The position numbers were made by a program, and so were the translations under genes. The notes below the pieces were generated by a model, which was given only the letters and a program-made list of their open reading frames with translations, made no database searches and was not told where the DNA came from. A stretch of 64,000 bases of DNA from Octopus vulgaris (Eukaryota): positions 12,214,001 through 12,278,000 of the forward strand of contig OX597840.1 of NCBI GenBank assembly GCA_951406725.2, read 5' to 3'. Numbering within the stretch: the stretch's first letter is position 1; every line of letters starts with the position of its first letter. This document shows, piece by piece, positions 26,267 to 36,940 of this stretch.

Positions 26267-26414
26267 GGTTTGGAGATGATGTCCAGGTATTATATATTAG
26301 AAGAAATGAGGTACTCAGAAATCTGGATTGTTTTTATATTTACAGATATTTATCTGTAAATACAGATAATATCTGTAAATATAAAACCATCCAGATTTCT
26401 GAGTACCTCATTTC

Positions 26415-26425
<11 letters not shown>
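25925..26425. mobile_element. Two palindromic Penelope-like pLTR fragments separated by (TA)n
   Basis: Inverted arms at about 26008-26118 / 26123-26232, and a second hairpin at about 26292-26425. Confidence 0.65.
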
Positions 26426-26457
<32 letters not shown>

Positions 26458-26601
26458 AAATATATATTTATAACTTATAAAATAAGGGCAAGAGAAAAAA
26501 TTCTAATGCCAAATATGCCGAAAAAAGACAAAATTGTCAATAACCATAATAATTTAGGCGTCTCGAAACATGCTGATAGAAATTTCTAAAAAATTCCGTT
26601 A

Positions 26602-26662
26602 TAACCGTATTGGTCCCAATTTCGGGGTTAATTCATAAGAATTTTCCCCTCGTCAGCGATTA
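26602..26662 (-). ncRNA. Type I hammerhead ribozyme motif, copy 1 (in repeat unit about 26470-26885)
   Basis: UAAUCG-CUGACGA-GGGG..CCCC-GAA-AUUGG-GA-CCAAU-A^CGGUUA; intact core, AUA triplet. Confidence 0.85.
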
Positions 26663-26907
26663 ATACGTAAGACATAAATGGAATACTTACTCATACCCAT
26701 GGAAAAAGCAAGCACTAAGTCCCGAGCAGACCTAAGTACCCCAAATATATCCAAAATAGAAAATCTTCAGCACATCTCGAGACATGTGTGATTCGATCTA
26801 GAAACTTTCATAGAGTGAGAGAATCCGGAAGTGAACACAATTAAATTTATAACTAATGTAGGATAAGATTTTTTTCGAAAATACATACATACATATATAT
26901 ATATATT

Positions 26908-27215
26908 GAAAGCTACACCAAGCCAGAATGGGTTGACATTGCAGAGTGCCAAAGATCCCAGCAATGCCATAGTGCTTCTTGACCAGTTACTGCAACAGCC
27001 TGGGTTTCAGGGGTCCACAGCTTTTTGATATTCTCCCGAAGAGCCTGAGGAACCTGCACAAAATGGATGTAGGTGTTTTCAAATAAAAACTAGACCTCTT
27101 CCTTTTGAGAGTCCCAGATGAACCTACCTCACGTCAAGAGGTGCAAATGAGGGTAGCTACATCAAACTCCATTCTTCACCAAGTGCTACATATTAGAAGA
27201 GGCTGTCAATAATAA
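26908..27215 (+). mobile_element. CR1/L2-group LINE ORF2 3' fragment
   Basis: Reads, with stops, ...YCNSLGFRGPQLFDILPKSLRNLHKMDVGVFK*KLDLFLLRVPDEP...ATSNSILHQ. Confidence 0.75.
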
Positions 27216-27433
27216 CAGTGTAGCAAAATGGCAGTGCTCCAGCATGACCACAGCTCTGAGCTGAAACTACACTATATATATATACATATACAACTTATAA
27301 ATAAGGGCAAACGAAAAAAATTTCTAATGCCAAATATGCCGAAAATTGGACATATTGTCCATTACAATATAATTTATCACAATACGCAAGCTACTCAAAA
27401 AAAACCGACAGAAATTTCTAAAAAATTCTATCA

Positions 27434-27493
27434 TTACCATATCGGACCGATTTCAGGGTTAGTTCGTAAGAACCCTCCCTTCGTCAGTGATAA
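27434..27493 (-). ncRNA. Type I hammerhead ribozyme motif, copy 2 (in repeat unit about 27290-27625)
   Basis: UUAUCA-CUGACGA-AGGG..CCCU-GAA-AUCGG-U-CCGAU-A^UGGUAA; compensatory changes relative to copy 1 in all three stems. Confidence 0.85.
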
Positions 27494-27629
27494 ATGTGGC
27501 AAAGAAATAAATGAGATACTTACTCATACCCATGGAAGAAGCAAAACACTAAGTCATGAGCACAATTAAGTACCCCAAATACATCCAAATATGCTGGCCA
27601 TTGATAAAATTTTTTTTCGAAAAAAATTT

Positions 27630-28724
27630 TAAGCTTGCTGACCAACCACATGGTTCCGGGTTCAGTCCCACTGCATGGCATCTTGGGCAAGTGTCTTCTG
27701 CTATAGCCCCGGGCCGACCAATGCCTTGTGAGTGGATTTGGTAGAAGGGAAACTGAAAGAAGCCTGTCGTATATATGTATGTATATATAAGCGTGTGTGT
27801 ATATGTTTGTGTGTCTGTGTTTGTTCCCCTAGCATTGCTTGACAACCGATGCTGGTGTGTTTACGTCCCCGTCACTTAGCGGTTCGGCAAAAGAGACCGG
27901 TAGAATAAGTACTGGGCTTACAAAGAATAAGTCTCGGGGTCGATTTGCTCGACTAAAGGCGGTGCTCCAGCATGGCCGCAGTCAAATGACGGAAACAAGT
28001 AAAAGAGTAAAGAGAGTATATATATACATACGCTGAATAAAATCATAATCATAAAATCTTAATCAATTGATCCTCCTGTGTTTTCTTTTAACCCAAACCA
28101 GGAACTTCTTAGCAACCGCTCATATGTGTGTGTGTGTGTGTGTGTGTGTGAGAACACTGAGAAGCTCCCGAGGAGCCCCAGTGTCTAGAGGGCTTATTCT
28201 GATTCCTGTATGCTTCACTTCATGTCCAGTAAGTTCACTATCACCAATTCACCATTTTCTTACCTTCTATAAAAGAGTTTTTAACTATTAATGGTGAGAT
28301 AGTATCATTTTTACTTGTTTTAGTCATTTGATGAAGGGATATAATAAATATCCTGGAAACAGCTGTAAGACCTTTAGTCAAGCAACTCGACCCCAGGACT
28401 TATTCTTTGTAAGCCTAGCACTTATTCTATCAGCTGAACTGCTATGTTACGGGGACGTAAACACACTAGCATCGGTTATCAAGCGATGGTGGGAGACAAA
28501 CACAGACCACACAAACAAATATACTCACACCTCCACACACATATTTTATATATATATATATATAGGCGGAGGACTGGCTGTGTGGTAAGTAGCTTGCTTA
28601 CCAACCACATGGTTCCGGGTTCTGTCCCACTGTGTGGCACCTTGGGCAAGTGTCTTCTACTATAGCCTCGGGCTGACCAAAGCCTTGTGAAGGATTTGGT
28701 AGACGGAAACTGAAAGAAGCCCGT

Positions 28725-28759
<35 letters not shown>

Positions 28760-29133
28760 CTGTGTTTGTCCCTCCAACATCACTTGACAACTGATGCTGG
28801 TGTGTTTACATCCCCATAACATAGTGGTTCGGCAAAAGAGTCCGATACAATAAGTACTAGGCTTACAAAGAATAAGTCCTGGGGTCGAATGCTCGACTAA
28901 AGGTAGTGTTTCAGCATGGCCACAGTCAAATGACTGAAACAAGTAAAAGATATATCTATATATGGATATATATATGTATGGGCTTCTTTCAGTTTCCGTC
29001 TACCAAATCTACTCACAAGGCTTTGGTTGTCTGAAGGCTATTGTAGAAGACACTTGCCCAAGGTGCCATGCATTGGAACTGAACCCAGAACCAAGTGGTT
29101 GGTAAGCAAGCTTCTTACCACACAGCTACTCCT
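27630..29133. mobile_element. Family-A SINE copies in alternating orientation (27630-28017 +, 28308-28530 -, 28564-28950 +, 28975-29133 -)
   Basis: Consensus matches to the other copies. Confidence 0.85.
28328..28371 (+). ncRNA. Hammerhead-like cassette inside a family-A SINE tail
   Basis: UUGAUGA-A-GGGAUAU..AUAUCCU-G-GAAAC-AGCU-GUA^AGAC, same family as 63056-63365. The 5' strand of stem I is missing. Confidence 0.55.
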
Positions 29134-30647
29134 GTATATGGATATATTTCCTCAATAAACTTTCTTCACAGTGAATTGATGGTGGTGAACTTACCTATAA
29201 TTGCTTTTCTTAGCTGTCAATAAATACATACTATGGTGCCTAGTCACCTGCGATGGACTGGCGTCCGATCCAGGTGGGGAACCTATACACCAATGAAACC
29301 GGGAAACCGGCCCTTATGAGCCAGGCATGGTTCGAGAGGAAACAAATTGCAACAACATAGAGCCTAGTACATTGATTTGCTCTGGAGCCTACAATGCTAA
29401 GATGGCCCCCCTTTTTTTTTTACATGAAATTCTTTATAATCGTAATCTACAACATCTGTAAGGTATTTGTAGAAAATTTCATTAAAAAACAAACAAAGGA
29501 AACTAAATCAGGTGGGTGTATGCACTCATATAGGTATGCTATTTTTACAATGTATTATTTGAATATAAAACATTTTATATAAGAGTTAATTCCTTCACAG
29601 ATAGAAATTAAGATACTATAATGAAAACTTGGCTATATTTCCTCCTCCCCATTCTCTTCCTCTTCTTCTGTTGCCTCATATAAAAAGAAAATGTTTTCAA
29701 GACTGAAATATATCTGGAGATGTAATTATATAGATTTTCTTTTAGAGTATGATTTTTAAGGATTTAAAAAATCCATCCTGCTGCTTGAGTGTTTTTAAAA
29801 AATGTTTTGTTTTTTTAAAAATTGTATTATGTTAAACAAAAATATGACTAATAAAACGAGGTATGAAAATAGTTTTATAAATATCTTTTTCAAGTTTGTA
29901 CTTTTATTTAAATTTTTCCATGTGAAATGCTGTACTAGAAATTATATATTTGATCAAAGATCATGAAGAATCTTTGCTATAGAGTATCAACAGTATTTTG
30001 GTGATGAAACCTAAAGCATTCTGTTTGTGGTAATGTATGTAAAATGATAAGAAGCTTGCTTCCCAACCACATGGTTCCAGGTTCAGTTCCAATGCATAGC
30101 ACCTTGGGCAAGTGTCTTCTACTACAGCCTTCAGACAACCAAAGCTTTGTGAGTGGATTTGGTTGACAGAAACTGAAAGAAGCCCGTCATATATGTGTGT
30201 GTATGTTAATTTCACTTGCAGGCCAGTTACGTATGTGTGTTTTAAATTGATGTCATCATTCATCTAGGATGTAATCGAAGAATTACTTATCCTTTACTTA
30301 AGCCTTTCTTTGCAGAGCAGTGATTCTTGACCAATTTTTACCTATGGGCCCAGTTTTACTCAGGTGGACTCTCTGTAATCATTTGATGATAGTAAGATTG
30401 TGGTGTCGACTCTTGGACTGGGCGACGAGTTGTGTTCTTGCATAAAACACTTCAGTTCATGTTGCTCTTGTCCACTCAGCTGGCAAAGATAAATAACCCT
30501 GCAAGGGACCAGTGTTCCATTCAGGGAGGAATGTTGCGATCTTGGTCACTCAGTCACCATGGACACTGAGTACCTAGACCTATACTTCCTCAAACTCAGA
30601 TGATTTTTGCTGCTATTTCTAGCAGTCTGAAACCACATAGATGTTCC

Positions 30648-30900
30648 TAGACTTGGCAGAGCATCGACGGACAGATGAATGCGCATCCAGGCTCAGCGGT
30701 TGCGTAGGAAGTCGGAGACAAGAAACAGGAAGAAAGAGCGAGAGAAAGTTGAGGCGAAAGAGTACAACAGGGGTCGCCACCACCCCTTGCCGGAGCTTCG
30801 TGGAGCTTTAGGTGTTTTCGCTCAATAAACACACACAACGCCCGGTCTGGGAATCGAAACCGCGAGTCTGCTGCCCTAACCACTGGGCCATTGCACCTCC
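30648..30900 (-). mobile_element. Family-C SINE head with a third type of tail
   Basis: Head matches 10028 and 22514; the tail GTCTCCGACTTCCTACGCAACCGCTGAGCC... differs from both. Confidence 0.75.
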
Positions 30901-31306
30901 TGCAGTATCTGCCTCGCTTCTTTGTGTTATTTCGTGGAAGGCGAAAACTTGAACGCATGGACAGATACAAGTCTTCCTTAAAATATAACTTAACCAGATC
31001 TCTGCATACAAGTGTCGACATATGATAAACCTTGACCGACGGAGATCCTACAATATAATCCTCTCTATATATTTCTAGTTAGCTTTATAATTGAATTAAA
31101 TAATTTAAACACTAACTCAACTTTTATGATTTTAGTATTTGAAACTGTCCTTTACAAGGGAGATAACCTTTTCTTGATAGACCTTTAGTCTAATACTTTA
31201 TTATCTCCCTTGTAACAAAGCCAAACTATTTCATTGTTAATTTCCTATTTTCTCTCAGAAATTAATTTGACAAAGGCAGTGGATCGATGGAATTGTCAGA
31301 GCAATA

Positions 31307-32042
31307 AGGCGGCGAGCTGGCAGAAACGTTAGCACGCCGGGCGAAATGCGTAGCAGTATTTCGTCTACCGTTACGCTCCGAGTTCAAATTCCACCGAGGT
31401 CGACTTTGCCTTTCATCCTTTCGGGGTCGATACATTAAGTACCAGTTGCGCACTGGGGTCGATATAATCGACTTAATCCGTTTGTCTGTCCTTGTTTATC
31501 CACTCTGTGTTTAGCCCCTTGTGGGTAGTAAAGAAATGGGTATTTCGTCTGCAGCTATGTTCTGAGTTCAAATTCCGCCGAGGTTGACAAATTAAGTACC
31601 AGTTACGTACTGGGATCGAAATAATCGACTTAATCCGTTTGTCTGTCCTCTCTGTATTTAGCCCCTTGTGGGTAGTAAAGAAATAGGTATTTCGTCTGCC
31701 GTTACGTTCTGAGTTCAAATTCCGCCGAGGTCGACTTTGTCTTTCATCTTTTGGGGTCGATAAATTAAGTACCAGTTACGCACTGAGGTCGATATAATCG
31801 ACTTAATCCATTTGTCTGTCCTTGTTTGTCCTCTCTGTGTTTAACTCCTTGTGGGTAATAAAGAAATGGGTATTTCGTCTGCCGTTACGTTCTGAGCTCA
31901 AATTCCGATGAGGTCGACTTTGCCTTTCACCCTTTCGGGGCCGATTAAATAAGTACCAATTTCGCATTGGAGTCGATGTAATCGACTTAATTTCTTTGTC
32001 CGTCCTCTCTATGTTTAGTCCCCGGTGGGCAATAAAGAAATA
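31307..32042 (+). mobile_element. Family-B SINE tandem tetramer
   Basis: One head AAGGCGGCGAGCTGGCAGAAACGTTAG, then units restarting at GGTATTTCGTCTGC near 31540, 31686 and 31870. Other copies at 24104-24472, 33183-33415 (-), 37112-37500, 38588-39002, 39381-40030 and 56674-56904. Confidence 0.88.
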
Positions 32043-33814
32043 AATAACGACTTCATAAGGACAAATATGAGTAGTTACGTGTGGGTCTGGAACTGATGAG
32101 CAAAATTTGTGGATAACAGATTCGAAACTTTATTTCATGGAAAATAGGGTTTATTTTTATACATTTTTCACAAATGTGTGTTTACGTGACTTAGTCAAGT
32201 GCCACTTAGTATTTCATTGTTATGCCAGTAGTAAGCAAGCTGCACCAGTGTTAGATAAGTTGATTTTGAAGGAGTGAGTCAAGTATTTTATCTTTCAAAA
32301 TTGACTGACACCTGAGAGTTGCTGTTTAAGTGTTTTTTCGTAACAAACGGAAGTGTTCAGCTTAAAAAGGGAGAGAGTGGAAGCGCAATGGCCAAGTGGT
32401 TAGGGCAGCAGACTCGCGGTTTCGATTCTCAGACCGGTCGTTGTGTGTGTTTATTGAGTGAAAACACCTAAAGCTCCACGAGGCTCCGGCAGGGGGTGAT
32501 GGCGACCCCTGTTGTACTCTTTCGCCTCAACATTCTCTCACTCTTTCTTCCTGTTTCTTGAGTAGCGCTGCGATGACTGGCGTCTCGTCCAGCTGGAGGG
32601 AACACATACGCCACAGAAACCGGACCCCTGAGCCTGGTTAGGCTTGAAAAGGACGCATAAAAAAAAAAAAAAAAAGATAAAATAAAAATTAAAAGGGAGA
32701 GAGAAAAAGAAAGAATGAGATGGTTTATTTTTGTTACTGACATGTTGAATGTTGCTAGCATATCTAGATCTTTTCTGTTTGGCTTGCCAGGTTTCAATCT
32801 GTGTGAACTGAGTTCATATTCAGTGTCATGATATACTTTTATATGCCAATCAATGCCATGAAAATCAATTTCGCTATGAATCAATAAATAAAGAGTTATT
32901 AGCTATCAAAGTTTGAAAATTGATCAAGTGTACTGTTCTGGAGTCCGTTCAGAAATCAGGGACGCTGTCAACACCACCAAGAGCATCCAGGCGCTAATAG
33001 TTCTGTATGACTTGAGTCTCTTTTCGGTTATGTTGGTTCATGTGTTCTATATACGAGTAAAAAGTCAATGATATGTTTATGTATGCATTTTATGAGGAAT
33101 AGAACCGCCAAGTTATGGAAGCATAAACGAAAACTGCACTTGTCAAACACACACACACATACAGGAGAAACAGGAATAAACTATTTCTTTACTACCCACA
33201 AGGGGCTAAACACAGAGAGGACAAAATAAGGACAGACAAACGGATTAAGTCGATTATATCGACCCCAGTGCGTAACTGGTACTTATTTAATCGACCCCGA
33301 AAGGATGAAAGGCAAAGTCGACCTCGGCGGAATTTGAACTCAGAACGTAGCGGCAGACGAAATACAGCTAGGCATTTCGCCCGGCGTGCTAACGATTCTG
33401 CCAGCTCGCCGCCTTGAATAAACGCAAGTTCCTCTCATTTGTTCCCGACCACATTGGATATTCCAAGTCCTAATGGATGCCGATACATAACAGATCATCA
33501 GGGGAACAACAATGCAATACAATGTTCTCCACGATGATCTCTGTTGTAGTAAAGCATTCAATTGTACTTGGAACATCCAATGCAGCGGTTGCAAATAACC
33601 AAAGTGGCGAAAATGTACGTAGAGGACAAACAATACGAACGTGTTTATCGTAACTTCTATATTTGTCCTGCATATCATAACCAGTAATACTACGGAGGAA
33701 CAGAAGTAACCACACCACTATACTGGAAGTAGCTCAGATTCTCAAACTTTTTGGGTCACTGCCCCCATCGTGGCTACATAATATCCTCAGCGCTCCCACC
33801 CCTATTTTTACGAT

Positions 33815-34160
33815 ACTCTTCTACTTCTTTCAGTCATTTGACTGCGGCCGTGCTGGAGCACCGCCTTTAGTCGAGCAAATCGACCCCAGGACTTATTCTA
33901 TCGGTTCCTTTTGCCGAACCGCTAAGTTACAGGGACGCAAACACACCAGCATCGGTTGTCAAGCGATATTGGGGGAACATACACACACACATATATATTC
34001 ACACATACGACGGGCTTCTTTCAGCTTCCGTCTACCAAATCCACTCACAAGGCTTTGGTTGGCCCGAGGCTATAGGAGAAGACACTTGCCCAAGGTGCCA
34101 CGCAGTGGGACTGAACCCGGAACCATGTGGTTGGTAAGCAAGCTTCTTACCCCACGGCCA
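33815..34160 (-). mobile_element. Family-A SINE
   Basis: Consensus match. Confidence 0.85.
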
Positions 34161-34791
34161 CTAAATACTTTATATTTTACTAATTTATATAAACTACGAA
34201 TCATTTGATATTTAATATAACATACTGCAAAAAAATTGGCAAAAATCGACATTTCTAAATTACCAGCCTGCCCCCCCCCCCCCCCATTTCCTTCATTTTA
34301 AACTTTTTTTCAGAATTTTTTCTCTCAAAATATGCGGAAAAATACGGAGATTATGATTCTGGAAAAAAAAAATTTCCAAAAATCTTCGTAAAATTTTTAA
34401 AGAATTTTTCTTCTTTTCTAAATATGCTGAAAAATAGGGACAAAAATTTCAAAACATTTCTGTACTTACGGTTACGGTTTAAGGGTTACTGTTGCGGAAA
34501 AAAAAGTCAAAATTGAAGTTGGGGGGCAATTTTTCACAATGCCGATTTTTGGCAATTTTCCGAAATCTCCGTATCCGAAAACGGGGATTTTTGGCAAAAA
34601 AATTAATAAAAATAAATTTGGGAGAAAATGGGGGAGGGGGAGACCAAGTCTTTCCAAAATCAGTTTAAAATACAGTCAGTCCGAATTTTTAGTTTAAATT
34701 CCAGCAATAGACCATGAAGTGTGTTTATGAGGCTAAAGGTATGGGAAAAAAAAAAATCAATACGTTCGAGTGACAAACGAAGAGGGCTTGG

Positions 34792-35191
34792 GGATCTTTT
34801 CGGTTTGAACGGCAGTTTTTTCTAGTGGTGTCATATGAAATTGTCACCCATAATTATGACCCTAGTATCGATCTATTGCATTTCAATCTCTTTTAGGGTT
34901 AGGGGAAAGGGTATCATTCCTTCTTCAGAAATGTAAATAAACCCAATCTGTTTCTTAAACAAGGGACATATTCATACGGCACAATGTTTTCACCTCAATA
35001 GACGTCATTGATTGGTTGGTTGAAATTGCAGAAAAAAAAAAAAACAAATATCTTACAAATTATAGAATTTTCTCAATAAAGCCAAGAGAAAAAGATGTTT
35101 TATAAACAAGTTCTACCAGTATACGAAGTTTAAAAGTGTTTAGTTACGTGGAAATTATTTTAAAAAACTGCCGGTCAAACCGAAAAGATCC
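34792..35191. mobile_element. Merlin-type MITE
   Basis: TIRs GGATCTTTTCGGTTTGA(A/C)CGGCAGTTTTTT; flanks GGGCTTGG / GGGTATGG form a decayed 8-bp TSD; near-identical to 40668-41082. Confidence 0.82.
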
Positions 35192-35975
35192 GGGTATGGT
35201 CATGAGATGTGCTAAAAATAACAGTTAAATATCCCTTAAATCATGTAGAAAAATTTCTTTTTGGTATTTGCACAGCCATATGAATTCCCGAGTGTAGAAT
35301 ATACATTCGTAAAATGTTTCTAAACATTTCAAAAACTGAAAAAAAGTTATATACCGTGTGTAAAACAGAATTCTGTCAAAAGGGAAATGCATTTAGCGCT
35401 TTAAAAGTCAAAAACTGAAAAATGACGAAAAGTGGAATTCAGATGTATTAATGTACTCCACTCTAGTGGATGCCTTGAGAGTGATCTTGCTGTTATTTCT
35501 AGTATGTCGAGCGACCACGTTGAGGTCTGCTTAGTGTTTAATATAAGAAGAGCACGCTGCCCTACCTCGGAAAAAAGGCGATTGCGGTCTTTATGATAGG
35601 CGCGCCCGTCACAGGGTTGGGCGGTCTTTCGGAATAGCTAGAAATAACAGCCAAGCAGGATTTTTTTTTCTTTTTGGTTATATGGGATGCTAAAACCAGA
35701 ATTCCACTTTTTTTTTTTTTTTACTTTTAATTAATTGACAAAAACGAAAACACCAGATGTGAAGAAAAATTTTAGTTTCCAATTCTTAAATATACAAAAA
35801 TATATTCAATCGAAAATAAAAAACTCAGTGTTTACAGGTTTTCTGAAGTCTGACATTAAATTAAAACCAAGTCCAAAAGTTCATAATTGTAACTTTTTTA
35901 TTTTTTACAAATGAAAAATGAAATTTATATGGCATTGAATAATTGTCCAATTATATTTCACAAGACGAACTTTCC

Positions 35976-36015
<40 letters not shown>

Positions 36016-36539
36016 ATGTACTTTATCAATAATAATTATTAATATTATTGTTTTTCACAATTTCAGAAAGTCAGAATTAGAATTCATTCTGTTAGCTTGT
36101 TGACCTTTTTAAAGAAATTATCTTGACTGCCTGAAAGTAGATAAAATCAAATCCGCATTGCAGAGAACTTCCTTGTTCGCCATCTCATATGAACGAGAGA
36201 GAATTTTTCATGGAGAGAAACTGCATCAATGTTCGCACTGAAAATTTCTTGCGGCAAACTCAATCAGCACACTATAATCTGATCCATAATCTGGTATATG
36301 AGAACACATTTGGTTTAAAATACTGTATCTGGAAATAGAAGAGTCAGTGGTCAGCTTTGAATGGAGACAAAACGGAAAAGGTCAAAATAATATCAGAGAT
36401 TTCATGTTACGTACCGTTAGAATTTAGGGCGGATAAACCTATGGTTCACAGCTTTGTCGACACGCTTCTATTTTCAGGCGAAAGTAAAGACCCTGTGGTT
36501 AGGGTTAGGGTTTTTGTTACGCCGAAAACGGGCAGTGTG

Positions 36540-36940
36540 CGTATTTTCTTTCACCTCCGCCCATTTTCATATCCTCCGTCGAACCACATATGTATTTCAT
36601 GAGACTTTCCATGGGTGGGATTTTGATTTAAGCGCCCCATGTGAAACCAATATGGTTAGTGTATACCTCGGGATTTGGATCAAGGAAATTCTCGGCCTGA
36701 TTCGCCATTCGGTGAATACATCCAAGTTGGCGGACAATACAATAGCTTGCCCCTTTATCAGTAAAAAGTGTTGTTCCTGGCGAAACATTTTCTTTATTGT
36801 AGCTTCTCAGTACTCTTGTCAGGTACTCGATGAAGGACACCTTTTTCAGCTGTGGTGTCATAGCAGCCAACGCCTCGTGTTTGCTGGTCCATTGTGTCTG
36901 AAACTTTCTAACTGACACACCTAATGAAAAAATGACCAAG
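36540..36940 (-). pseudogene. Decayed Merlin (ISXO2/IS1595-like DDE) transposase fragment
   Basis: ENVSPGTTLFTDKGASYCIVRQLGCIHRMANQAENFLDPNPEVYTNHIGFTWGALK fits the PGTTIxTDxWxxY...HxxVNHSxxFVDPxxGVHTNxIExxW pattern, with a frameshift and loss of the catalytic Glu. Confidence 0.75.

Noticed and set aside
32085-32150. CTGATGAG...CGAAAC hammerhead-like core
   Set aside because: Stem II is plausible, but no convincing stem I pairing around any NUH triplet; could be a decayed copy or chance.
33420-33720. Unique-looking segment with 82-112 aa ORFs and a faint LQPL (pogo-like) motif
   Set aside because: No convincing domain, splice sites or TIRs by eye.
36497-36510. TTAGGG telomere-like repeats (also 34893-34904, 40769-40786)
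   Set aside because: Only about two units each and associated with Merlin-type elements; not an interstitial telomere.
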